64,000 bases of DNA from the human T2T-CHM13v2.0 reference genome, Homo sapiens. Positions within the stretch are counted from its first letter, which is position 1. Each line of letters opens with the position of its first letter. A program made the translations under genes and the position numbers. Location: NCBI RefSeq assembly GCF_009914755.1, contig NC_060940.1. One strand, written 5' to 3'. Below, piece by piece: positions 27,413-41,783 of the stretch. Below the pieces are notes generated by a model that had not been told where the DNA came from, made no database searches, and was given only the letters and a program-made list of their open reading frames with translations.

Positions 27413-30400
27413 GTCTGAATTTGCCAGATTTTACTTAATCCGCTTATACTGGCCACTTACGTTGTTTCTACTACCTTATGAAGCACCCTATGACAAACAT
27501 CCTTATTCAGAAATCTTGGTCTACATTTCCAATTATTCCTCCAGAAACCATTCCTTAGAGTCAGGGGGACTGTCCATTTGTCAGGCTCTGGGTGGCACCT
27601 TGCCAAATTGCCTTCCAGAAAGCAGAGTAGGGGGATGCCCACCTGGTCACACCTGGGCCCTTGTCTTCATTCACCTGGGCTCTCAGATGACTCCTGCCCA
27701 GTGCTCCAGGCTGAAGTCCTCTGCACATATGTGTGCGCCTCTGCCAGCATGTGCACAGGCATTGTTTCTATCAAGTCACTTTTTTATTTCTCATTCCTGC
27801 CAAAAAGAGAGAGAGTCTATGGGTTAATAGCAAAGTAGAAACCGTAGCTCAAAATGTCTGTTTGGGGCATGTACTCTTGCATCTGTATAGATGAATAGAG
27901 ATTTCAGAAATACTGGGCCCTCTGGGCCTCAGGCATTAAATCAATCAGTGCAATTTCACTCACAGGGCAGCTTGCCAAGGGAGCCCAGGAGAGAGTAGCG
28001 ACTTCTCTGATTTAGTTCAGTCCGTTAAGCTCATGGCAGCCTGCACCAGCTCACTGTTGCAAAAGGCAATCAAGTAATGAGTACTCAGCCACTTTCGGGG
28101 GGCGGGGGCCGGCTGGGGAAGGGGCTCTCTGGAGCCTTTCAAATGGAGCCAACTTTTGATAGCTTTTTAGGGTAGTTCTGAGAGCTGGAGACGGGTGAGG
28201 AACCCGGGAAGTGAGAGCTTAATTAACGGAACTACAGAGAATGAGGCAGCAAAGGAATCTCTCAGAGAACCAGGGGGTTTTGTGTGTGTGATGAGCAAAA
28301 GGATAGAACTAGGTGCTTGAGTACTGCCGGCTAGGAACCAGCATTGAACAGCAGATGCCTAACTCAGCACAGCAAGGGCCAGCTTAGCACAGAGACCAGA
28401 GAGCAAGATGCGCGGAAGGATAAATTTAGCCTGCATTTCAGGGGAAAACATCGATCTCAAATGTAGTGCTGTCTTTTAAAAGAAAGTGGAAGCCTTAGGC
28501 CGGTCATCTGGGACAATTTCACTTGAACAGCTAAAAGCCCAGGAAAAACGAGTGCTCATAACCAGCTCATGCTGCTAGCACACCCACAAGATCTTCCCTC
28601 TGCAGGCGGGCGGCTGGTGTCTGCATGGGTCTGACAGATGGTCCTCCTGCTACCCTTATCTGTTCCCAGGAAAAGGTGCTGCCTTGTTTTCTGGAGAGAT
28701 TTGGGGTTTCTATTTCTGATCCCAAATGTTCATCTTCATGAGGAATGACGGGGGGCCCAAGCTCTGTGTTTGCTCAGCTGCTGGTCCAGGACATTGACAT
28801 CTGGTGGGTTGCACCTGTCAGAGCAGGGCCAGTGCCAATCCCCTCTGTTGTCTAGAAGCTGAGCAAAAGACATCAGTTACTGGTGTCTGTAGATAGGGTT
28901 GTTTTGTTTGTTTTTAACCAGGTCCCCTGTAGCATTCACACAGCATCCTGAGCATTGTTTCTACCTGGTCAAAGCTAAGGGCACCACTGTGGTCCCAAAT
29001 AATAGAGCACCTGTCCTAATGACGTTCCCACAATCTCGCCAGTCAGGTGGTGACGGCATCTTTCCTCCAGCCTCCCTCTGACACTGCTCCCCTGTGTCAA
29101 AGGGGAAGAAAGTCCAGTCTGTCAATATTTGGGGCACTAATCATCTGCGTTCGGGCGCCAGGGGTCATTGAAAGGCTGAGACGCTTCCAGGAATTCATGG
29201 CTCTAAAACCGTGGGGCTGACTGGAAAGGATCTCCAGCGAGGGTATGAAGAAAGAAACCCAAATCTCCACTCCACCCCGACCCCGCAGCCTCTGAGCATT
29301 GTCCATTGTGTCTTGGGTTCTTGGGAAGAAATGAAGTCAATGCACATAGTGATGTGGGCCCAAGTTAATAATAAATGTAGAGGAAGGAGAAAGGATGTTC
29401 AATATTTAAACATTTCAGAGCGCTGTGTTTGTTTGCCAGTTACTGCCCTCCGCCTGCTTCCTGGATGGGTTCTGTAAAACGGAGCCTTCCTTCCCCAACT
29501 GTGCAATTGGCATCTGACACCAGCGATTTACATAGAAAGGGAAATGGTGCCTTTTCTAGGTAGTCCCCGTGCCAGCAGGACTCCTTCTCGTTTTCTGTTG
29601 CCTTTCTTGAAGGAAGAGGATGACAACATAGAAACTAAGGTTTTTATGACCCCTGGAGCACTTGTGAGGAGTTGACAGCTTTAGGGTCATGTCCAGAGTT
29701 GTCTTAATTTTCCCAGATTTGCTTCTTTGAAACTGTCTCATATTTTAACATAAATGTTGTGCTTTGGTTCTTACCTCTAACAGATTAAAAAGGCTAAACA
29801 ATGAAACGTACAGTTGTGTTTAAGAAACGTCACTCTAAGTATACATACTAGATACGTTCCTTAAAAGTTGCCTGTAATGCAGAATTCTGTGAATCAATTC
29901 CTCCTTTCTTCTTGACGCACATTATAGAAAAGGAAAAGCATTCCTTCTGGGGGAGGGAAAAACATCTGACCCCAAGACATAATAAAATCATGCTTAAGAA
30001 TACAGTAAACTTTAAAGTCTCTTAGTTAAAGGAAATCAATACTTTTATGATGAAATATTAATAATACTAAAAAAATAAGTCAAAACTACAAATGCATAAT
30101 AGCTAGGGTGATTTTTAATGTTGGACACATTAGCTCAGCATTTGTGAGGAGGAACAAAGGGAAAAGAGAGCAACCTAGCCCATTTGAGAAGCCCTTCTGG
30201 TTCCTAATAAGTCCCCTTTTTGTGGGTCATCTGTCAAGAAGACACACACCTCCCCATAAGTGCCAACCTTATTTCTAAGCATTTTGTTGAAGCTACCGAT
30301 TTTGGAAATGAAAGGATGAATGTAGCTGGAGAGAGGAACACACACAGGTGTGTACACACGCACACTCCTGCACACACATGCGCAGACAGGGCAAAGAGAA

Positions 30401-30513
30401 ATGGAGAATTGGGGAAAGCCATTTATTTGTTTGAATACACTGCTGGCTGTTCCCTCCGTCCCCATCCTCCATGAATTATTCTGGTAGGGATCTTTAAGAG
30501 GGATGGACTTAGA

Positions 30514-30592
30514 GTAGATTGAACCATATGAAATGGCTGTTTCTGTAGGTCAAGTTAGTTGAATATTGGCAGTTGCATATGGTTCAAGCTCA
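30514..30592. mobile_element. MADE2-like mariner MITE (palindromic, ~80 bp)
   Basis: TTGAACCATATG 30519-30530 is the reverse complement of CATATGGTTCAA 30576-30587. Confidence 0.7.
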
Positions 30593-30877
30593 TCCATTCA
30601 ACTCTCTATCAAAGAAATGCAAATAGAATAGTCATGTGTCTTGAATGCAGTGTAACATGAGGTTTTTAAGAATCTAGATGAAAATAACTTCATTTTTCTC
30701 GTAAACGATTTTCATATAAATCCTTTAAACCTAGATATTTAAAGTTCCTTTAGAAAGGCTCTCTCATGTCTCACTTTGTTAACTCCTAAAATCTTCAGTC
30801 ATAACAGCTAATGTGAGGAAGACTTTTGTTTTGTGTTGCGTTCTTTTCTCCAAAGAGCTGGGCCATTTCTTTTGCTA

Positions 30878-31420
<543 letters not shown>

Positions 31421-32257
31421 ATCCCAGTTATTGCCTCATTGGGCCCAAGTTCCAGGCACCGTAAATTCCAGCCGAGGAATCAAAACAGCGAGTGCTACCT
31501 GAACATTTAGATTGCGTTAATGCTTTCATCCTCACGAACCCTGTAAGGTGTGGTGGTGTCACTCTGCTTTAGAGTGACAACAGTGCTTTAGAGGACACAG
31601 GCTCGTGGGGTGAACAGGTCCCCTGCTGTCACATGCCCAGAGCCACGGCACTCTCCTCACCACCGTATCCTGTAGCCAGAGTAAAAGTGACAAGCCTAAA
31701 GCCAAGTTGCTGCTCTTCAGGTTTCTCCCCTGCAGATAGCAGAAGGCTCGTGTCCAGCCGTCCGGTTAGCCATGTCCCACAGGTCTGCCAGGGCAGACGT
31801 CAACAGAGCCCTGTCCACTTAACAACCTCAGCTGTGGGTTTTTGAAGCTTGTTCTGTGCTGTTATCCATCACGGCCTTTCTGTGGCTCCGCACATACTCC
31901 CTGATTCTATCTGACTCACATAGTTCCAGATAGTATCTTCAGTTCTTGTTGTAGATGATGTGTCATAGAACGTCATCAGCCATCGGTCTGGCCTAGCCCC
32001 AATCTGTTAAAACACACGGTAGGAGAGACTTTGGTGAGGTGACCCAGCTGCAGAAGTTAACTACCCCACCCTGCAAAGTCGGAGTCCTGGCGAACACAAG
32101 CAAATGGAATGGGTCCACAGGCATGGTGCTCTCTGCCTTGGGTGCATACTAAGTATGTGTCAACGGCAGGTGCCTTTTGCAGAGAATCAAGACTAATTCC
32201 CTGGCCCCTTTGTACAGTGCCACCTCCTAGAACACACGGAGCAGGCCAAACATGTCA

Positions 32258-32666
<409 letters not shown>

Positions 32667-32852
32667 CACAACTAATCTGCCACTCCTTGGCCAGCCAGAA
32701 CCTTGGGGGGCCATCCTTTGCAAGCAGGGCCATAGTGACCCACCCTGCTCCTGGTGCATTCCTGATTCTGCTCCAGCTGGGGTCAGTGAGCGCCTGTGCC
32801 TGGGAGTCTCCTGGGTGCTGTCTAACCCGCCTTCCTCCTGCTGCCGTTTCAG

Positions 32853-32961
32853 CCCTGCTGACTGCCGCAGTAGAGAGGCAGCCCAGATGGCCGCTCCCAA
32901 GCTTGCTAGTGCCTTGGCTGACAGACTGTTGTGGAGGTCTTTGCTTGCTAATTTACAGACG
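32853..32961 (+). CDS. CLEC16A: Candidate 109-nt frame-shifting cassette exon: (A)[35 protein letters not shown](R)
   Basis: Branch-point-like CTAAC 32822-32826, pyrimidine tract, TTTCAG|CC acceptor, ACG|GTAATA donor. Open in the frame entering from exon 22. Confidence 0.5.
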
Positions 32962-33356
32962 GTAATACCAGTGGAAGAGGGCAGGGGCTGGGCGAGGCAG
33001 GGACTGGGTCCTTGGGAATCAAGCCCAGCCCTGGCGACCTTCAGTTCTAGAAATCCAAAGCAAGGTTGCACCACTGCGAGAGATTCCAAGATCTGGTCCA
33101 CCTGTGTCCCCCATGTGCCATCCAACCCTCTGTGGCCTGGATAGGTGCTCATGTAAGATGCACGCATTCCTCATATTCACACAGCCCAAATGCCCGCCCC
33201 CCCCCCCCACCCACCCCCTGCCGGTAGCAAAAGGGGCATTAGACTTGGCAGCCCTCACAGGCAGACCTTCACCCGACAGCAAAAACATTTCTAAGGGCAC
33301 AATTAGGACACAGAGAGAAAGCAAGATACTGAAAGACCATTTTTTCTTTTCTGCAG

Positions 33357-33510
33357 GTTTTCAAGGATAGTGTTTAAAATCTGAGAGGATTTATCCATGG
33401 ATAAAGAGCTATAGGCTAAAAGACTCTGCAAGTTCCCAGCTATTTTTGTATGTTGGACATGTTATCCGTTGAAAAGCAATCAGAAATAAAAAGTATTTAA
33501 GCGTTGTGAG
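33357..33510 (+). CDS. CLEC16A: Candidate alternative last exon (GFQG* from exon 22, or RFSRIVFKI* after the 109-nt cassette) with short UTR
   Basis: Strong acceptor TTTTTTCTTTTCTGCAG|G; stops at 33368-33370 or 33382-33384; AATAAA 33485-33490 then GU-rich GCGTTGTGAGGTG. 3' end approximate. Confidence 0.5.
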
Positions 33511-34920
33511 GTGCAGCCTAGTCAGTGATCAGTGATGTGGGGGTCGCCCATGGTGGCAGCTCAGGCTTGGCCCGGGAGGCCATACGAACATCCCTTCCCC
33601 AGGTGCCTGATGTGTAGACCTGCGCCCTGGGCTGGACAGGAAGTGGCTTCTTCAGCACCAGTGCACAGGAAGAAAACCAGATATCACCATTTGGGGGCAA
33701 GTCCTTCATTGCCCCGAAAGCACAGAGTTTTGTGCACTGAAACAGTAAATCATCTGAGACTTATTAAAGGGATACTGAAAAGGGGTCTCTGTGCATATAC
33801 CTGAAGCTTTCCCAAACTTCAGGGTCCTAGCAGTGAGGGAGGAAACTTCTGGGGCCCCCCAAGGCTCCTGCAGGCCCTTGGAGTCACTGCTATCTGAACC
33901 CTGCCCACATGTCAGTGAATGCTTTTGTTTCTCTTTGGTTTTTGTGTAGATTCCTAAGAGGAGTCCCGGGCAAGGACCCAGGCCTCACCTGGCCCATGTC
34001 GGTGTGCTGTTGCTAGACTTGAATCTGAACCCTGCTTCCTCAGCCCCCAACACGTGCTCTTTGAGCAGCCGTGGGTAGTTTGGGCCCTGTGCCCTGTCTT
34101 CCTAAGGTGGCTTTCCTAGGGTAGCCCCCCACTGAGTAGCTCCTAGCCCCCGCCTGCCCTCGGGTATTGCTGTCATCTTGCCAGGGTGTAGGATCCAGAG
34201 CTGCTTCTTGAGTCAGAAGCACGAACAAGAAGGTTCTATGTCACCTGCAGATCTTTCTAGTAAGCCGCAATCTGTCCAGAGCCACCAGCAGCTGAAGTCC
34301 CAGACTTAGTCACCTCCCAGCCCCCCATCTCTCGCCCCAGGGACCTGGCAGGCTGCACTGGGAGGTGAAAGGGCAGATCCAAGGAAGGAGCCGACAAGGG
34401 GAGAAATAAGGCCATGCACACTTGCTGTCTTCAGTTTGTGTGCGAGGTCACAGGGCCGATTGATTTTTTTTTACTGTTTCCCAGCATCGTGATGGGTGGT
34501 GAGAAAATATGAACACTGCATCGTCAGAAACCTGAGCCACAGCCTCGGAATGAATTTGCTAATGAAAGGCAAGCTCAGGGCACCCACGCCTCATGGTCCT
34601 CATTCACGGCAGAGACTGTGGAAAATGCACGGGTTGCTTCTCCCGAATCAGCCCTCAGCGGGTTTTATATTATGCTTTGCAATCTGCAACAACCATAAAT
34701 AAGTGTAGGTTTTTCTTAGGGCAGGCAGCTCTCCTGTCCAAATCTTAGAGCTTTTTCCTAAAAGAGGTCTATTGAAAACTGGACTTCTTTGACACACCTC
34801 TAACTGAGATTTAAATGTCTTAGTCTCATACCTCAGACTCAAAAGCCCCCCACCTCCAGAGTTTGGTCAAGGAGGCCCCAAGGTATGACAGACACCCTGG
34901 GGTTAAAAACAGAGGCTGGA

Positions 34921-35252
<332 letters not shown>

Positions 35253-36944
35253 TCACAAGATAGATGGCCTGGCTTCGCTGGCTTGGGGTTTCCCACTTCT
35301 TAATTTTCAAAAGGAGTATGAATGAAGCTGTCAACATTTTCAAAATCAGGAGGTGTTATGTCAAAATCCAGATATCCAGCTTCTCTTGACAAACTGGAGA
35401 CTGCGGCCATACTGAGGTCCATGTTCTCCTGCAGCAGCAGTTAGAAGAAGCTGGAATCTGTGCTTTCTGATTTGCCCCAGTCTCTACCAGGCCCTGCCAT
35501 CTCCCTGGCACAAAAGCTGAATGTCCCATGGACTGCATGTATTAGCATGCCTGCACTGTTGTTTTAATAGAAGAGAATGGTTTCTCAGTGTGCGTGTGTC
35601 TATTAAATAAAGGGAAACAGATGACAGATAGAGAGGACCACCAGTGTTTTATCTCCAGCCCCTCCTCATTACATTACCGGGCTGGCCAGCCTTGCCCTGT
35701 CTGATTTTCAAAAGTAGGATCCACAGAAGTGTCTAGAAAGGGGAGGGGAAGGCCCTCCTTGGTAAGGCACCATGCCAGCCCGAGCAGTTCCATTTTCATC
35801 TCATGTATAAATTGGAGTTTCACCATTTAGAAAAAATGTTTGAAAAGGGCTGTCATAGGGCGTTATCTTTGAGGAATGAGGTTCCATCTGCAGTCAGGCA
35901 GTTGTGTCTCCCATTAAGCTGCTTTCAAAGACATGCCCCAGGAGGGTTTCATGGGACAGAAACCTTGTGGGTGAATTGGTGTGTCGTGTAGATCGCCTGT
36001 TTTTTTCCCTGTGGTCTTAGCTCCTAGGAAGCTCAGAGTTAAATGGTGACATTAGCTTCCCATAGCTTGAAGTCTTTCTGATATAACTTTTCACCTTTTA
36101 TTGTCGGGTTCTTATTTACTTTTTGTTTTAGTAGCTTTCAGTATTTAGTATCTATGGCATTTAGGCTTGGGTTTTAAAATATAACATAAGCCATCTCAAA
36201 CCCTTCCTGGAAACAGGTAGTATGTAAGGGCATCTGTAGGGAATGAGGCTGCAGGGCGAGGTTAGTGCTTTTGAGTTGAGTGGAGAATCCCCAAATTGAA
36301 TTCAGAGCCAACTGGGTTCCTTCCCTTTCAGCTCCCTAAAAGGTTCCTGTGGAATCCCCTATAATCTCAGGTAGTTTTCACATCTTCCAAGGGTAGATTT
36401 TTTTTTAAGCCTGAAATAGTTGCACTTTAGTCACATGGCCAGTATCCTCAGAGTAATTACCAAGTGCAAAGCGGCACCAACTCCAGGCAGGCCACAGAGG
36501 TCGGGGGGCGTCCCTGCTCATTTGGAGATTCAGAAAACTTTTGGTGCAAGCCCACTAGTTTTTGTGCCTACACACATCCAAGCCCTTCCCACCCTTTAGT
36601 CTCTCTCGGGCCTCGCTCTTTCTGGGTCTTAACAATTGTGTGTAATCTCTGTGACCAGGTGTGAACCCAGACAAAAACTCGGTCCCATCTCTGGTTTCTA
36701 CCCAAAAAGTCCACTTGCACCACATGGGAAAGAGTTGACCAAGTGTTTCATAAGCCCTAGGTGGCGGGTCACCTCCCCACCTCACTTGCCCCTTTCCCTC
36801 TTTCCCTTCAGCCCACCACACCTAGATTCCACCCAGCAGGTACAGGGCAGCTTTTTCTGCACCAAAAACTCTGGGAGCCAGCCCGTCCCTTGTCCCTAGG
36901 GGACTTAACTCACATCCCCGCATTAACAAAGTTTTTTCCCTAAC

Positions 36945-37320
36945 TGTATCAGTTAAGATTAAGTTCAACTACATAGTAAAGATAAACTCAAAGGGGAAGT
37001 TAATTTCCCTCTCGGGTAAAAGAAGCCTTGTAGTCAAGAGATACACAAAGACGTCAGGGACCCAAACTCCTTCCTTTTCAGTGCTCTGCTGTCCCTAATG
37101 TGTGATTCATCCTCATAGCTCAGGGCAGCTGCTGGAGTTCCAGCCATTGCATCCATTTTCCAGGAAGCAGAATGGAGGAGGATATACCCCCTTTCCTTTT
37201 AAAGAGCTTTCCAGGAAATCCCACATGCCACATTCATTTCTATCTCACTGGTCACAACTTAGTCACTTGGCCACGACTAGCTTCTGGGTTCTGTAACTGC
37301 AACCGAAAGGGAGAATGGTT
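36945..37320 (-). mobile_element. Old MLT1 (MLT1J/K/L-like) LTR
   Basis: TGTATCAGTTAAGATT start; GGCAGCTGCTGGAGTTCCAGCCAT; TCACTGGTCACAACTTAGTCACTTGGCCAC. Confidence 0.6.
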
Positions 37321-40300
37321 ATTGAGAGACAGCTTACAATATCAAGAACACTGTCCAAAACCCTCTTCTTTTTGCTTTTTTGTTTTAAGCCTTCCCAATA
37401 AAGTGAACAAAACCCTCTTAACCTAGAGGATTCCAGGTGCTAGCTATTAATGTAATGATAATCATCACACTAAATACCTAAACATCTTTGCAGTCAAATT
37501 TCTTATGCCCTGCTTAGGTAGGCCGACTCCTACACAGCCATCAAGGCCCCAAGGTTGGACAGAGCTGCTGCAGAAGCACAGGGGAGAGAATAGTTAACCC
37601 TACCTTATGCAAAGACTCCTCCCAGGCTAATGCTGAGCTGCGTGAGCCATGAAGAATGGGGCAGGGGTTTGTAAAGACAGAAAAGAAGCAAAACAGAACT
37701 CCAGACCGAGGGAACGGCCTAGCAAAGGTTGAGAGCAAGTGGTTCTTGGTAGGAGGTCTGAGGACTGACCTAGGCTGCTGGAGGCAGATCGCCATATTTC
37801 CACATCCCCACTCCTATGCACACCCAGTGATTCTGGGGTTGTAGGAGGGCCTTGACTCGAAAGATATCTGGGGGTTCCAGCTTCCCTGAGTCCTATGGAT
37901 TTGACCAACAATCTAGGCATAAAGAGCAGAGATTATCAACTCAAACGCCCACACGGCCAGGCAAGTTGCAAGAGCAGGGACCCAGCTCTGCTCATCTCTC
38001 TCCCGTTGCTGTCCTGCAGGAATGGGGCCCCATAAAGCCAGATCTTTTCATTTTTTAAGAAAGCAGAAATCCAGGTCTGTGTGTAAAAGCTCCCAACGTG
38101 TCCATGGTGGTACCTCCAACAAACACACATATAACATAAATAAGCAAAGCGAAACTCGTGTGCAAGCCCCTAGGCGGCTGCTGGCCGGCTCTGAATCTTG
38201 AATCACATGGTTAAGTGATTATTGGTGGGGAAAGCTTAAAGACCTGTAGAAGAGGAGGAGGGGGGCATGTCCAAGGTCTCGAAGTCAGTTTGGGCAGAGC
38301 TTGGACTCAAACCTGGGGTTCTGACTCCAAGCCCAGCTTTCCTTCTGTCAGTGGGCCTAAAAATAGAAGACTGACCTTTTCTTGGTATTTTTGTGCTTCA
38401 CAAATGCCAGAGCGTTATTCATTAGTTCATCTTCCCAAAATAACTGGCAGAACACGGCCAGAGGGCAACAGGAAGACTCTGGGCTGCGCCCCCCGACCGT
38501 GAAACTGGGGGCTCCTGGGAAGTGGGGGATGTGTCTCACCATGGGCATAGTTTCCCCCCACTGTTGGAGTGGCCTGCCTGGCCCTGCTCTTGGTGAGTCC
38601 AGGGGAGAGAGCTTCAGAGGGCAGAACAGATCTCAGGAGGATGTTAGGATCGGGAGCTTGAGTCTATCCAGTTCCCAGGCAGTTTGTGTTCCCTCCATCA
38701 TCCTCCCTTTTTTTTCTCTTTTTGGTTTAAAATAAGGTTTACAATAGGAGTCTTGGAAAATTCAGACAAGCACAAAAAATAACAAAACTCACTGCAGTAC
38801 AACTACCTGCTTCTCTCACTGTGTCAGCTTCAAATCTCCAGCTGCCTTCTCTGCTCTGGACAAGGGGGAAAGAGAGCACAAATTTTTTGCAAGAGCGGAA
38901 ACATATGGGACATGCTTTTTCTAACCTTTTTTCATTGACTCCATCTTGAGCATTTCCCCCAACACTTAGTCTTCTCTTACCAGCGTGTTGGTTGGCAGCA
39001 GGGAATTTCATCATCTAGAGGGATTAGAATTCACTTAGCCTTTCCCCAGTTCTTGGACTTATCAGCTGTCTTCTGTTCTCTGTTCTGCACACCAATATGC
39101 TGAATATCCTTGTAGTTCGGTATGTGCATCCACCCACAGTGTCGTCTGCAGCATGGGATGCTGCAGGTGTGGAATTGGTCAGATGGTGTGAAAGTCCATG
39201 CAGCCTCTGATACACATTTTGCAGGCTGTCCTTGAAGCATACCCAGGGAGAGCCAAGACTGTTATCACTGGAGAGGATCTCAGGGAGGCCGGTTTGCCTT
39301 CACTCCTGTCGCACGATCTCTGGCTTGTCTGTGTGTTTGCACCTACTTCGCAGCCCAAGTGTGTTTGATTCATACACCAAAAGCCTCTGGCACCTCTGCC
39401 AAAGCTAGTTCATCAGGGACTGCCTGACTGGGATGAAGCAGGAACCAGAGGACAGGGCGCTCTGGCCATAGACATTCACCCTGAATTCTCCCCAGCACCC
39501 TCCTGATTCTCTGATGTGTTGCCACTTTGATTTGGGGAAAAACCCCTTGAAATTGCAGGTGGGGGGCCTTGGCCATCCAGCAAAATAAAGGAAAAAAAAA
39601 GCCAAAAGTCACTGTGGCTTTCTGGTCTCAGTGCCACTGGCAAAGGGAGAGAGAGTGGAAAGGAGGGAAGTGGGAGTTTTAGTAGAAGTGGGTGAGGGAG
39701 AGATGTGTTCAGTAACCTCTGCTCAGCTAGACCCTGCAAATGGATGGGATCGGTAGTTGGTGATTTTTTTGTTTGTTTGTTTGTTTAACTCAGTACATGC
39801 AGATTTTACTGCCAATCTATGACTTGATCCCAACCCATTCCCAAAATAAAAGAATTTAAGCATCCTGACTGCAGTGCCAGCTTCTCATCTGCTACCCTAC
39901 ATGTCCCACTGCAGATGTCTTTTGATAATAAACCAGGTTTATGATGCTGTAATAAACCATGGCTTTAAAGAGGGCAAGAGAAAAGACGTGTCTTCTTCAA
40001 ATGGGCCTGTGACCACCTTGGCAACGGCTATGTCATTGATCCCTTCCAGCCGGGGTCATTGTCGGGAGCATACAAGGTGTAATCCCAACTCTGTTACTAC
40101 ACTGGCTGGCCCTCTGTTCATGGCCCTGATAAATAGGCAGCTCGGGAAAAGCCATCTTGACATTTTGATTTGTTAAGGGGTAATTCATTTTCGAGGCAAG
40201 TAAACAGCTTGTAAACTGGGGGGTTTACCGCTCTAAGTGATTAAGAAGTGAGCAGCTATAAAACTGGTTCCATGAGGCTGCGGCTGAGTGTCCCCAAGGA

Positions 40301-40884
40301 ATCTTCCTGCCCAGTGTTTGGATTTGCCGGATGTTTGCCATAGTTCATCTGAGCGGGCCCCCGACACACACACACACAATATATCACATTGTGCCTCTTC
40401 CTGAGAACTCCAGCTACATTCATCCTGCCTTTCTCTCCGCAAGCAGACCTCTGCGGTAGGTGCGGGCAGGAAATACCCTCCACGCAAGAGGAGCTGGTGC
40501 TCAGGATGACCGCCTCACTCGGAGACTCACCCTGCTTTCACTGGGCCCCATGCACTTGCCATTATAGTCAGCGCTTGTTAAGTCACCCCCAAAACCCAAC
40601 TGGGGGTATAAATAGGGCCCTTGCCTTTTAAGGAGCTGATCTTTAGACGAAAACAGCTTCACATGAACCTGAGTGGAAATAGCCCCTCCTTGATGGCCCG
40701 GAGAAGAGTCCTGCTAAGCCCTAAGCTGAGCCGCAGGTCCCATCTGTAGGTGAAAGGAAGGAGGCTGAGGGACATCAGGGACTTGCCCAAGGTCCCTCAG
40801 CTGGGAAGTGAGCAGAGGAGGGTTAAATCCCAGGCTTCCCTGGTGCCATAACCTGGGTGTCATCCCCTGCACCAGATGGGCACA

Positions 40885-41082
40885 CTGCTTCTGTCCAGAG
40901 CCAGGTAACCTGGCAAAAAAGCCTTTTAGGCTTTGCAGGCCATGTGGTCGCTATGGCAACTGCTCAACTCTGCCGCTGATCGAGAAAGCAGCCATAGTCT
41001 CTGTAAACAAAGGACCGTGGCTTGTTCCAGTAAAACTTTACTTACCAAGCAGGCAGCAGGTTGCAGGATGCCAACCCCTGCT
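40885..41082. mobile_element. MER58A-like MITE
   Basis: TTTTAGGCTTTGCAGGCCAT...CAACTCTGCC...AAAGCAGCCATAG...GTTCCAGTAAAACTTTA...GCCAACCCCTG. Confidence 0.7.
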
Positions 41083-41388
41083 AACACCCTGCAGCCTTCC
41101 TGAGTTTCAAGAAAGGTGAGGTCAGGGCCTAGAGGGCCTTCTGGAAGTAGTGTTAGTAGAGAGCTGGACCGTGTGAAGTTCAGGCAGGGCAGGTGGCATG
41201 AATGGGGTCCAGGGCTGGCTGTGGTGAATGCATTCGCTTGAGGAGTGGGAAGGCTGCAGGAGTGACCAAGAGGGTTGAGATCCCCTCTCTCAGCTGGAAG
41301 GAGGACTCGCCCCCCCATATCTCCACCGCAATTTGGGGCTGCTTCTGTGCCACGAAGCACCATCACCATGGGTCCTGCTTGGCTCCTA

Positions 41389-41783
<395 letters not shown>

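Noticed and set aside
36659-36840. Possible exon after GTGACCAG
   Set aside because: Weak pyrimidine tract and an early stop in the entry frame.
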